Shown in pieces: positions 8,728 through 18,180 of a stretch of DNA of 64,000 nt; the first letter of the stretch is position 1; the number at the start of each line of letters is the position of its first letter. Under the pieces are notes generated by a model. That model did no database searches and had not been told where the DNA came from. It worked only from the letters and a program-made list of their open reading frames with translations. Origin of the DNA: a virus; IMG/VR virus record IMGVR_UViG_3300044640_001517, positions 1 through 64,000 of that record; one strand, written 5' to 3'. The translations under genes and the position numbers were made by a program.

Positions 8728-9837
8728 ATGACGGTCACAAAAGAAACGTATAAAGAGTTCATCGGCAGAGTAAGCTACGGTGATATTGAACCAATCATAA
8801 GCGCACCTGCAGTGGACTTCGACGCAGTTGATCGTGTCGTAAAAAATGATACCGATGTGATCTTTACTTGGGACTATTCACTCGCGCGACCACAATTGCG
8901 CAAGTTGTATGAGAAGGCAAAAAACAACCAGTGGAACGGTGAGACCGCACTTGACTGGAGTATTGACGTTGATGTAGAAAAGTCAGTTGTTGAAGACTAT
9001 GCCAACTTTGGCTCAAGCAGAGAGATGTCAGTATACGCCGGAAGTCCTGTAGAAAAGTGGGGCGATAAAGAATGGCTCGAGTTTGGTGTAAATAGTCGAA
9101 GGTGGCTGATCTCGCAATTCATACACGGCGAACAAGCCGCGTTGATGTGCTCTGCAAAGTTGACGCAGTCGTGCCCGTGGTACGACGGAAAACTCTACGC
9201 ATCAACGCAAGTGGTAGATGAGGCGCGCCACGTTGAGGTATTTGCTAAATATGGAAAAGAAAAACTTAATGGAGTTCTTCCGTTCAACTGGCATATTCAA
9301 AGTCTGGTAGATGACACGATCGCTGACAGCCGTTGGGACATGACGTACCTCGGAATGCAGATCATGGTTGAAGGACTAGGACTTGCGTCAATGGCGTACA
9401 CCCGTGAACTCACCAATGAACCTCTACTCAAACAACTACTTCGCAATGTTATGACAGACGAGGCTCGTCATATCTCGTTTGGCATTATCTCACTTAAAGA
9501 AATATATGCCGAGATGAGCGATACCGAGATCATGGAACGTCAGCAGTTCGCGTATGAGGCAAGCGTCAAGCTAGGCGAAAGAATGCTTCAGCAAGAGGTC
9601 TATGAGAAGATGGGAATAAAGACGCGTGATATCGCGCCGTATCTTCTTAAAGATCCAGCCCAGGCGTGGATCCGTAAGATGCTTGCCGCAAAGATCGTGC
9701 CAAACGTAAGCAAACTTGGACTACTTGATCGTAACGGCGGATGGCTTAGGAAGAAGTTTGAAGAGATGGGAACAATTGAGTTCGAACACCTTGGTGACTC
9801 TGAAGAAGAATTCTCGGAGTTTATCCACAGGTACTAA
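8728..9837 (+). CDS. Ferritin-like diiron oxygenase (AurF/CmlI-like superfamily)
   Basis: HGEQAA, DEARHVE, MVEG, DEARHIS: two ExxH motifs with ferritin-like spacing; LYEKAK..QW. Confidence 0.8.
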   Translation: MTVTKETYKEFIGRVSYGDIEPIISAPAVDFDAVDRVVKNDTDVIFTWDYSLARPQLRKLYEKAKNNQWNGETALDWSIDVDVEKSVVEDYANFGSSREMSVYAGSPVEKWGDKEWLEFGVNSRRWLISQFIHGEQAALMCSAKLTQSCPWYDGKLYASTQVVDEARHVEVFAKYGKEKLNGVLPFNWHIQSLVDDTIADSRWDMTYLGMQIMVEGLGLASMAYTRELTNEPLLKQLLRNVMTDEARHISFGIISLKEIYAEMSDTEIMERQQFAYEASVKLGERMLQQEVYEKMGIKTRDIAPYLLKDPAQAWIRKMLAAKIVPNVSKLGLLDRNGGWLRKKFEEMGTIEFEHLGDSEEEFSEFIHRY

Positions 9838-9839
9838 TC

Positions 9840-10493
9840 ATGAAACATCCCAATGACTTTGGACTTCAAGACGTCTATTCATACGAAACATCTGACGATC
9901 TGCGCAACTACTATAATGATTGGGCGCATGCGTATGATGACTTTGTGACGCAGACCGGGTACATACTTCCCGACAAACTTGCGGATTTCATAGCAGAAAA
10001 TGTGCAAGAGCACGAAACAATGAATGTGCTTGATATTGGTTGTGGGACTGGCGTGCTTGGAAAAGCAATAGGCGACGTGCTGCCTAATCTAGTAATTGAC
10101 GGCATTGATATATCAAGTTCAATGCTGGAGATTGCAAGACAAGCAGAAAGCACAACCGGAAACAAGTACTACACAACTTTATACGAAGCTGATGTAACTC
10201 AGAGTATTCCGTGTCTTAAAGATAACTACGGCCTATTAGTAAGTACAGGCACGTTTACTCCAGGGCATCTTGACTGCGATCACCTGTTTTCATTTATTCC
10301 TTGTCTTAAACAGTACGGCGCTGCGTTTGTGAGTGTCAATAAACAACATTATATAGAAATGAACTTTGCCGAAAAAATAGATCAAGCGCAGAGTAGTGGT
10401 GTTATTGCTGGTTTTGCGTACAGAGAAGTCGAAGCATGGGCTAACGAAAACTACAGCATGAAGGCGATGTTGTTGTTTTTTGTTAAGATGTAG
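9840..10493 (+). CDS. Class I SAM-dependent methyltransferase
   Basis: YNDWA..YD, VLDIGCGTG, GIDISSSML, GTFTPGH. Confidence 0.9.
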   Translation: MKHPNDFGLQDVYSYETSDDLRNYYNDWAHAYDDFVTQTGYILPDKLADFIAENVQEHETMNVLDIGCGTGVLGKAIGDVLPNLVIDGIDISSSMLEIARQAESTTGNKYYTTLYEADVTQSIPCLKDNYGLLVSTGTFTPGHLDCDHLFSFIPCLKQYGAAFVSVNKQHYIEMNFAEKIDQAQSSGVIAGFAYREVEAWANENYSMKAMLLFFVKM

Positions 10494-10497
10494 ACAG

Positions 10498-11406
10498 ATG
10501 GAACCTGTCGATCTTGGCGGCGGAGTTTTGCTGTTTAGACGAGTTATCAAGATAGACCAAGATTTTTTGATTCCATATCTTGCGGATCTACATGAAAAAG
10601 CTGTCAGTGAAGACTTTACAGTAATCAAGGATGATGACGGCAAAGAACTGTACGCAATAAACAGATCCGGTCATCGCTATAATGTCGCGGATATCTATAG
10701 GGTAAATCGCATCATGGGATTTGCCACAGACGATGAAAACAGTAAACAACATAGATTTTTTAGTTCTTGCGAAGACGCAATCTACGCGTGCTTGCTGAGA
10801 TATATAGAAAGATTTCCTATGATACTGCCTTCGCTATGGTGGAGAACTCAGGGGCATGTTGTTGCGTACCGTGCAGGAAGCGACATGGGTCTTCATTCAG
10901 ACAATGACGTCAACTACCAACCAAATGCTGCACCTGATATGCAGGTTGCAACAAGACACGTGCTTGGTGCAATCATGTATCTAAATGACTCTGTTGACAT
11001 AAAAGATCAAATAGGCAAGTACGAATACACAGGCGGTGAGTTGGCATTTCAGTACTTAAACATAAAGTATAAGCCTAAGTCAGGTGACATCATTATGTTT
11101 CCGTCTAACTACATGGGTACGCATAGGGTAGAACCGTGCAGCGGTAATTCTCGATATGCGTATATAGCTTACTTTTCTCATGGATCACCTGATGAAAAGC
11201 GCGGGATCGGTCCAATGAATAGATCTACCAAGATACAGTCTGCCCAGGTTTGGATGCCAGAGGTGTTTGACGACTATGCAAAGTACATAGAAAAAAAGTA
11301 CGGAGATGATCTTGTAAATCACCCGCTTCTTACACTTCCTCTGAGTAGAATAAATAACAGCACTGGAACAATAGAAGAAGCGCTGGCCGAAAGAAACAAA
11401 GAATGA
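10498..11406 (+). CDS. Fe(II)/2OG oxygenase (paralogue family A, copy 1)
   Basis: GLHSD, YLND, GGEL.F, GDIIMFPSNYMGTH.V, RY. Confidence 0.9.
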   Translation: MEPVDLGGGVLLFRRVIKIDQDFLIPYLADLHEKAVSEDFTVIKDDDGKELYAINRSGHRYNVADIYRVNRIMGFATDDENSKQHRFFSSCEDAIYACLLRYIERFPMILPSLWWRTQGHVVAYRAGSDMGLHSDNDVNYQPNAAPDMQVATRHVLGAIMYLNDSVDIKDQIGKYEYTGGELAFQYLNIKYKPKSGDIIMFPSNYMGTHRVEPCSGNSRYAYIAYFSHGSPDEKRGIGPMNRSTKIQSAQVWMPEVFDDYAKYIEKKYGDDLVNHPLLTLPLSRINNSTGTIEEALAERNKE

Positions 11407-12266
11407 TATACAACGACGTGGACGCAGAACATCTAGGTGGCGGTATTATCGTTTTCCGCCGTGCAGTATCTTTTGACTCTCAATGGGCTGTTGAATTCGC
11501 TGAACAACAGATAAGTACAGAACGCGCTGAGATGTACACATCTACGATTGATCCTGAGACCGGCAATCCTGCGTACCTAAATAAAAGTGGATATGTGTTT
11601 GACGCGCGGGGGGTTGAAGAGATGCCTCGTCGCGGTTCGCAGATTCATAGAATTGATAGACAGGATGTCTTAGAATTTCTTGATTTTATTGAAGAATCAA
11701 AAGACAAGTATCTTCTAAAGTACTTTGTTAGGTTTCCTTTGGCGTACAAGAATGTTTGGTGGAAGGTAAAAGGACATCTGGTAAGTTACTCTGTGGAACA
11801 CGGTGGTAAGTTTCTCGGACCTCACTCGGACACAAGCGCCGACTACGCATATGGAATGCCTGAACCTGTAGATCAACTTGCAACACGAAACACAATCTCT
11901 TGCGTCGTGTACTTAAATGAAGACTTCATCGGTGGTCATCACTACTTCAACTATCTTGACATTGACTATGTTCCGCAGACAGGTGACATCTTGATGTTTC
12001 CATCTAACTATATTGCTGCGCATGAGGTGACCCCAGTTGTGTCGGGAAGTAGATATAGCTATCTCGGCTGGTATGCGCACGGGACTGCAAATCCAGTTGT
12101 CAATGAGCATGTTGTCGATCCAGCTTTGCAACCTGACCTGGCGAGAAAAGCCACCAACGTGTATATGCCGTCATTACGACAAGACCTAAAAGACTACCTC
12201 GATAAGATTGGTATCGACAAGTCTTCACATATTTACCAATTAGTAAGAAGCATGCACTCAACATGA
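11403..12266 (+). CDS. Fe(II)/2OG oxygenase (paralogue family A, copy 2)
   Basis: GPHSD, YLNEDFIGG, GDILMFPSNYIAAHEV, RYSYL. Confidence 0.9.
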   Translation: MIYNDVDAEHLGGGIIVFRRAVSFDSQWAVEFAEQQISTERAEMYTSTIDPETGNPAYLNKSGYVFDARGVEEMPRRGSQIHRIDRQDVLEFLDFIEESKDKYLLKYFVRFPLAYKNVWWKVKGHLVSYSVEHGGKFLGPHSDTSADYAYGMPEPVDQLATRNTISCVVYLNEDFIGGHHYFNYLDIDYVPQTGDILMFPSNYIAAHEVTPVVSGSRYSYLGWYAHGTANPVVNEHVVDPALQPDLARKATNVYMPSLRQDLKDYLDKIGIDKSSHIYQLVRSMHST

Positions 12267-13006
12267 TAGTTACACACATGGGCAACGGAATAGTTAAGTT
12301 TGAAGACGCGCTTGCCATTGACAAAGAATATATGTCTGGGTTCTTTTCACGGCTCAATGGAGTTGATGTAAACTACGGCCAGATAATCGACGAAGAGCAC
12401 GTCCGCACTGAAGGCCAATACAAACTAAATCGTGAAGAGGTGAGTAAAGCACCTGTTCGATTCACTGATCTCTACAAATTGCAAGCCGCAGAAGACGTTG
12501 ACTTTATCTCAAAGATGCGAGACGCGATCCACGACTGCGTTCGTGCATATGCGCGCATCTTTCCAGTAGTAGCCGAGTGTATCCGCTGGGGCACGCATGG
12601 CTATGTAATTAGATACGAAAATGGCCAGTCAATTGGACCGCACTCAGACTGCAACATTGCGTACGAAGATGATGGAGTAACACCAATCAACACGTTTCCA
12701 ATGCAAAACATATTGACATGTGGTTTGTTTCTAAATGATGACTTTAGTGGCGGAGATCTTCACTTTCGTCCGTGGGCCATTACGGTAAAGCCAAAACCTG
12801 GAACAATTGTTATCTACCCATCTTCATATCTTGGCTGTCATGAAGTGTCTCCGGTAACTGACGGACAGAGACATGCATATCTTATGTGGTACGGACATGG
12901 TCCTATAGGTGGAATGAGTCATCGACCAGCAGACGATCTAAAAGATGTTGTCTCAAACCCTCAGCAGAAGTTTATACCTGTGGGACGGATTGAGTTGTAT
13001 GAGTAG
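12263..13006 (+). CDS. Fe(II)/2OG oxygenase (paralogue family A, copy 3)
   Basis: GPHSD, FLNDDFSGGDL, YPSSYLGCHEV, R.AYL. Confidence 0.9.
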   Translation: MIVTHMGNGIVKFEDALAIDKEYMSGFFSRLNGVDVNYGQIIDEEHVRTEGQYKLNREEVSKAPVRFTDLYKLQAAEDVDFISKMRDAIHDCVRAYARIFPVVAECIRWGTHGYVIRYENGQSIGPHSDCNIAYEDDGVTPINTFPMQNILTCGLFLNDDFSGGDLHFRPWAITVKPKPGTIVIYPSSYLGCHEVSPVTDGQRHAYLMWYGHGPIGGMSHRPADDLKDVVSNPQQKFIPVGRIELYE

Positions 13007-14018
13007 TTCCATACTGCGTCACGCATCTATTCTGAAATACTGGATTTGACCCAAGTTCTAAACCTTCTGTTGGTTTAGACCAGATCGAGTACTGAGACTT
13101 GCAATAACGTTCGTAGTCATCGTAGATATTGTCAAACCACACCGGGGCGCACCAGTCGCGACTTTCTGAACTTTCAACTATACGAATGTTTGCTTCGTAG
13201 TCTTCTCCGCCTTGACCAAAGAATGTTAGGTATGCGTATCTAGTTCCACCATGCATCTGTGTAACTCCATGACTGCAGATGTAGTTTGTTGGGAAAAAGA
13301 TAATGTCGCCTTTCTTAGGCTTGTACTCAACATTTATATATGGAAACTTTAGACTTCCTCCGCAAAAGTTTTCACCGTTGAGCTCTTCCGGAGTGTCAAC
13401 ACAATCATTAAAATACGCAAGCGCGCCGGCAGTCTGCCGTGAGGCAACCATGCCTTTTGGCATGTATCGAACTCCGCCTGTAACTTTGTAGTTGGTGTCA
13501 TTGTCTTGGTGCCAGCCAAGCATACCGCTTCCTTCATATCGAAGAACATGACCACGCGTTCTCCACCACAGACTTCCAACGACGAGTGGAAACATATCAA
13601 CATAGCGAATTAAGCACTTATATATTGCGTCCTCAAGCGCAACAAAGTAGTCAACCATCTTTTGCGGTGTATGCGGTTGATCTACGGGCGCAAGCAATCT
13701 TGTCGGTGCATTTGGCACATCTTCAAGTCGATATCTAAATCCATCTTCGTTGATGCCGTATTCAACGCCGTCTTCGCCTATGATGTACTTCCAGCGCTCA
13801 CTTGCGACCTCAGCGACCCGCGCGTCAATGTGGTCAAGCGCAAACTTTTCTACACTAAACGCATTCTTGAAAACAATAAGTCCGTTGCCCAGATCTTCAT
13901 ATTCAAGATTTGATATCTCAATAATTGCGCTATCATCAATTACAGGGGTAGAAGGAAGTACCGGCACCTTCATAAACTCAAGGTGCTCTTCTGGTGTTCT
14001 TCTCATTTCGCTATTCAT
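12972..14018 (-). CDS. Fe(II)/2OG oxygenase (paralogue family A, copy 4)
   Basis: GWHQD, YFND, GG.L.FP, GDIIFFPTNYICSHGV, RYAYL. Start placed at ATG 14018, overlapping the upstream stop (alternative 14081). Confidence 0.9.
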   Translation of the reverse strand: MNSEMRRTPEEHLEFMKVPVLPSTPVIDDSAIIEISNLEYEDLGNGLIVFKNAFSVEKFALDHIDARVAEVASERWKYIIGEDGVEYGINEDGFRYRLEDVPNAPTRLLAPVDQPHTPQKMVDYFVALEDAIYKCLIRYVDMFPLVVGSLWWRTRGHVLRYEGSGMLGWHQDNDTNYKVTGGVRYMPKGMVASRQTAGALAYFNDCVDTPEELNGENFCGGSLKFPYINVEYKPKKGDIIFFPTNYICSHGVTQMHGGTRYAYLTFFGQGGEDYEANIRIVESSESRDWCAPVWFDNIYDDYERYCKSQYSIWSKPTEGLELGSNPVFQNRCVTQYGTTHTTQSVPQV

Positions 14019-15063
14019 CGAATTTAAGATACTTTGGGTCGATTCTTCCGCGGAGTTTGTTGATCTCGATTCCGTTTTCATAGTAGTACGGAATCTTTAG
14101 TCCTTCATCTCCTTCAAGTGCTCTATTCTGGAACACGGGATTTGGCTTTCTGTTTAGCTCATCTTCAGTCTTGCCAAACTCTTCTGTTATGCAGTACTTT
14201 GTGTAGTCATCATACAAGTTATCAATCCAATGCGCAGGTGACCAGCCTTTGCATTCGTGCGGTTCTACGATGCTAACGTTGTACTCTTCGTGACTACTTC
14301 CCTGCGAAAAGAATTCTAGGTAGCAATACCTGTTGCCCGCGATGACCCTGCGTACTCCGTGAGTTGCCACGTAGTTTGTAGGAAAGATGACGACGTCGCC
14401 AGCTTTAGGCTTTACCTCAATGTTTAGATATGGAAAGAATAATTCTCCACCTAGGTAGTTTTCGCCGTTAAGATCCTCTGGACTATCAGCGCAGTCATTT
14501 ATATAGACAAGCGCAGCGACAACCTGTCGCATCTGTGACTGCCCGTATGGCACATACCTACGTCCGCCAGTTGCGCGGTAGTTTGCGTCATTGTCATTAT
14601 GAATACCTAAAAAGTCTCCAGGCGCGTACCGAATAACATGTCCGCGTTCACGCCACCAGATTGTGCCGAGCACGAGAGGAAAATCGTGGATATACTTGAT
14701 TAGACACTTATAGATCTGATCTTCATAGTGATTAAAGACGTCAATCGCCCAATTTTCAGTGTTGGCATTTACGGGTTCAAGAACACGAACTGGCACTTCT
14801 TCTAGATGCTTCATTGAAAACTTGTTGCCATCTTCGTTTATTGCATACTTATTTCCGTCAGCGTCAACATCGTATTTCCAGCGCTGCTCAGTTGCCCGTT
14901 GTGCATTCTCATCGATCCACGGTATGATCTTTTCTTTTTGCGTATCTACGGCATTAGAATACTGAACCACCGCTCCACCAAGATAGGTAGGTTGAATGGC
15001 GAGTATCTCTTCAATTTCTTTTCTACCGATCTTCGGAGTAGATCCATCGAAGATGTTACGCAT
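14011..15063 (-). CDS. Fe(II)/2OG oxygenase (paralogue family A, copy 5)
   Basis: GIHND, YIND, GGELFFP, GDVVIFPTNYVATHGV, RYCYL. Confidence 0.9.
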   Translation of the reverse strand: MRNIFDGSTPKIGRKEIEEILAIQPTYLGGAVVQYSNAVDTQKEKIIPWIDENAQRATEQRWKYDVDADGNKYAINEDGNKFSMKHLEEVPVRVLEPVNANTENWAIDVFNHYEDQIYKCLIKYIHDFPLVLGTIWWRERGHVIRYAPGDFLGIHNDNDANYRATGGRRYVPYGQSQMRQVVAALVYINDCADSPEDLNGENYLGGELFFPYLNIEVKPKAGDVVIFPTNYVATHGVRRVIAGNRYCYLEFFSQGSSHEEYNVSIVEPHECKGWSPAHWIDNLYDDYTKYCITEEFGKTEDELNRKPNPVFQNRALEGDEGLKIPYYYENGIEINKLRGRIDPKYLKFDE

Positions 15064-15070
15064 ATGTCAG

Positions 15071-15096
15071 ATTTTATACTGGTTGCAGGATAAAAT
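15071..15096. promoter_or_regulatory. Back-to-back leaderless promoters
   Basis: Minus: TAAAAT (15076-15071)-N7-ATG 15063. Plus: TAAAAT (15091-15096)-N6-ATG 15103. Confidence 0.55.
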
Positions 15097-15102
15097 GTGT
15101 TA

Positions 15103-15921
15103 ATGGCCGAAAATGAAAATCCAAACACCACGCAGATAGTTATTCCTGCTGAGACCTTAAGCAGCTGGAATTTGTTTATTGGAGTTCCGTGCTACGACAG
15201 TTCAGTGACAGAACCATTTATGATGTCACTGATCCGCACAATGCTGCACTTTGAGAAGATCGGCGTGCGGCTAACAATAAGTACATTGGCTGATTCACTG
15301 ATCTCTAGATCTAGAAACATGCTTCTTGCCAAGTTTATGGCAGACCCCGTATACACGCACTTTATGTTTATTGACTCAGATATTGGTTTTGCTCCAGAGT
15401 CAGTACTAAAACTTCTATGGCACGACAAAGAAGTTATCGCCGCAGCGTATCCAGTAAAAGAGATCAACTGGAAAAAGATTGAAGAACTAGTGTCAGACGG
15501 AATGCCGATCCAAGAAGCGGCAAAGAACTCGGCGCGCTTTGCGTTTAGCGCGATTCAACCAGGCCAAACCTCTGTTGAAGTCTCTAACGGAGCACTTGCA
15601 GCATATGATCTTGGCACTGGATTTATGATGATCAAGCGTGAGACTGTTGAAAAGATGATCGAGGCTCATCCAGAGCTCAAGTACGACGATGACACAGGCG
15701 GACTCAACGAGAAAGAAAAAGAGTTTGCGTATAACTTCTTCAATCCACATATTGACTCACGGTCACGGTACTTATCAGAGGACTACGCGTTTTGTCGATA
15801 TTGGCAGCAACTTGGTGGAAAGACGTGGCTTGATCCCGACATCGATCTGACGCATGTCGGCAGATTTAGATACACCGGCAGCGCGCGAGCATACATCGAC
15901 ACTCTTATCGTAAAAGAATAA
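15103..15921 (+). CDS. GT-A fold glycosyltransferase (phage GT2-like)
   Basis: SLISRSRN, HFMFIDSDIGF (DxD), GTGFMMIKR, LSEDYAFC..W...GG....DP...LTHVG. Confidence 0.85.
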   Translation: MAENENPNTTQIVIPAETLSSWNLFIGVPCYDSSVTEPFMMSLIRTMLHFEKIGVRLTISTLADSLISRSRNMLLAKFMADPVYTHFMFIDSDIGFAPESVLKLLWHDKEVIAAAYPVKEINWKKIEELVSDGMPIQEAAKNSARFAFSAIQPGQTSVEVSNGALAAYDLGTGFMMIKRETVEKMIEAHPELKYDDDTGGLNEKEKEFAYNFFNPHIDSRSRYLSEDYAFCRYWQQLGGKTWLDPDIDLTHVGRFRYTGSARAYIDTLIVKE

Positions 15922-15922
15922 G

Positions 15923-17677
15923 ATGAAGATCGCGGTATATACCATCGCGCTTAACGAAGCAAAGTTTGTCGAACCTTGGTATAACTCTGCAAAAGACGCT
16001 GACTATCTTCTTATCGCTGACACTGGGTCTACGGATGGAACAGTTGAGAAGGCAAAAGAACTAGGAATCAATGTTGTATCTATAAACATCAAACCTTGGC
16101 GCTTTGATGATGCGCGTAACGCTTCGCTCGCTGTGCTACCTTCTGATATTGACGTGTGCATCTCACTTGACATGGACGAAGTACTTGTTGAGGGCTGGCG
16201 AGATCATCTTGAAAAAATGCCAGAGGGGACAACAAGACCTCGATACAAGTATGTGTGGAACTGGAACGCTGATGGATCGGAAGGCTTGGTGTACGGAGCT
16301 GACAAGATCCACGCTCGTCATGGATACCGCTGGGTTCATCCAGTCCACGAGGTTATCTCTCCAACAGACGAAGAAGTACAGAACTGGATCGGAATGGAGA
16401 TTCACCACCACGCTGACTCAACAAAGTCGCGTGGACAGTACTTACCTCTTCTCAAGCGCGCGGTTGATGAGCGTCCAAATGACGACCGCAACGCGTACTA
16501 TTACGCACGAGAACTGTATTTTTATGAAAAGCCAGAAGCGGCAGACGAGTTCAAACGACATCTAGCACTGCCAACAGCGCAGTGGCGGCCAGAACGAGCC
16601 GCGTCAATGCGGTATCTTGCTAAGTTAGAAAAGCATGAAGCAGAGACATGGCTACTTCGCGCGTGCGCTGAGGCACCAGAATATCGCGAGCCGTGGCACG
16701 ATCTTGCATTTTATTACTATGAAAAGAAGCAGTGGGAAAACTGTCTATCAGCGGCCAAGCGTGCGCTTGCGATAAAAGAAAAGCCACTTGCGTATCTCAA
16801 TGATGCCGCCGCGTGGGGTGCATCTCCACACGACCTCGCCAGTATTTCTGCGTGGAGCATTGGGCAAAGACATGAGGCCATCATGCATGTGCGTAACGCC
16901 ATATGCGCAGATCCAAACAATGAACGTATGCAAGAAAATCTTGCAATGATGCTCCGGAATACATATCCAGAAAAGATCACAGCAATAATTCCAACAAAGT
17001 CAAACATCTCCGGCGCGTTAGGCGTCATATCGCGTCTACAGAAAGATCCCCAGGTAGAAACAATTGTCGTTATTGCAGACGGAGATAAGGCCCACGAGAC
17101 GTACGAATCACTGCTAAAAGACAAAGAAAAGGTAGAACTTAGAAAGGTTGAACTTGGCGTAGGTATTCATGTGATGTGGAACATCGGAATAGATATCGCC
17201 AAAGAAAACGGTACCTCAGCCGCATTTGTAAACGATGATGTTACGCTTGGCGATAACTGTATAGGTACGCTTGCGTCACTTGTTGAGTACGACAAGCAGA
17301 TCGGTCTTGTCTGTCCGACATATGACTATCGCAAGTTTGTTGACATATACCAAGACGTTGAAACCACAGCAAACGGACGATCAGACGGCACAGGTGGTCT
17401 TGGAGGATTCTGCATGGTTATTCCAAAAAACCTCACCAAAGAGTGGCGCTTTGACGAGTCAATGAAGTGGTGGTACGGAGATGATGATGTTCTTGCCTGG
17501 TGTAGACTTACAAAAAAACTTCGTGCGGTAATGACAAGTATCACGCGGTGTAGCGGAAATATATCGGCAACAATCAACAACGATCCTCCGCCTGGATTTG
17601 CAGATCTTGTAAGAGAAGATAGACGAATATTCATTGAAAAGTGGGAAAAACAAGGAGTGCCATGCATAGAGCGGTAG
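15923..17677 (+). CDS. GT2 glycosyltransferase - TPR - second GT2 domain fusion
   Basis: IADTGSTDGT, FDDARN, LDMDE, VHE; TPR-like helices (YYARELY, REPWHDLAFYYY); second domain IIPT...FVNDD...GFC...FDE...WYGDDD. Confidence 0.85.
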   Translation: MKIAVYTIALNEAKFVEPWYNSAKDADYLLIADTGSTDGTVEKAKELGINVVSINIKPWRFDDARNASLAVLPSDIDVCISLDMDEVLVEGWRDHLEKMPEGTTRPRYKYVWNWNADGSEGLVYGADKIHARHGYRWVHPVHEVISPTDEEVQNWIGMEIHHHADSTKSRGQYLPLLKRAVDERPNDDRNAYYYARELYFYEKPEAADEFKRHLALPTAQWRPERAASMRYLAKLEKHEAETWLLRACAEAPEYREPWHDLAFYYYEKKQWENCLSAAKRALAIKEKPLAYLNDAAAWGASPHDLASISAWSIGQRHEAIMHVRNAICADPNNERMQENLAMMLRNTYPEKITAIIPTKSNISGALGVISRLQKDPQVETIVVIADGDKAHETYESLLKDKEKVELRKVELGVGIHVMWNIGIDIAKENGTSAAFVNDDVTLGDNCIGTLASLVEYDKQIGLVCPTYDYRKFVDIYQDVETTANGRSDGTGGLGGFCMVIPKNLTKEWRFDESMKWWYGDDDVLAWCRLTKKLRAVMTSITRCSGNISATINNDPPPGFADLVREDRRIFIEKWEKQGVPCIER

Positions 17678-18180
17678 TTGATTGGGTTGCGTATTCACTT
17701 GAGAAGCGCAGTACTCTTGAAAATGCAAAGATGGCAGGCAACCGTGTTCTTGAGATTGGAAGTCTTGACATCAACGGAAGCATCAAGTCAATGTTTGACG
17801 GTTTGACTTCTGAAGGTGGTTCGTATTTTGGCATTGATCTTCAAGACGGTCCAGGTGTTGATCTTGTGATTGATGCCGTGGCGTATAAAAGCAACGAGCC
17901 ATACGACATAATTGTCTGCGCCGAGGTGTTTGAGCATACCCCAGCGTGGAAGGCGATCATCTTAAATGCGCATTCTCTTCTTGTAGATGGTGGAATGTTT
18001 ATCGCAACGATGGCTGGTGAAGGACGACCACCGCACTCCGCGATTGACACAAACCCGATACGCAGTTGGGAGTATTACAGCAACATTACAAATCTTGAAC
18101 TCGCAACGATGCTAGATGTATTTACAACGGCTGAGGTAAACGTGTTTTCAGATGACACCCGTTGTTGGGCAGTTAAGTAG
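17662..18180 (+). CDS. SAM-dependent methyltransferase (glycan-associated type)
   Basis: VLEIGSLDING, GIDL..GPGVD, EVFEH, L..GG. AAGGAG RBS precedes ATG 17662. Confidence 0.85.
   Translation: MHRAVVDWVAYSLEKRSTLENAKMAGNRVLEIGSLDINGSIKSMFDGLTSEGGSYFGIDLQDGPGVDLVIDAVAYKSNEPYDIIVCAEVFEHTPAWKAIILNAHSLLVDGGMFIATMAGEGRPPHSAIDTNPIRSWEYYSNITNLELATMLDVFTTAEVNVFSDDTRCWAVK

Noticed and set aside
1344-15063. 2OG oxygenases as TET/JBP DNA base hydroxylases working with the C5 methyltransferase
   Set aside because: Their motifs are P4H/PhyH-like (YLNDDYxGGEL), and they sit with virion and GT-A genes rather than in the DNA operon. Not fully excluded without an HMM search.
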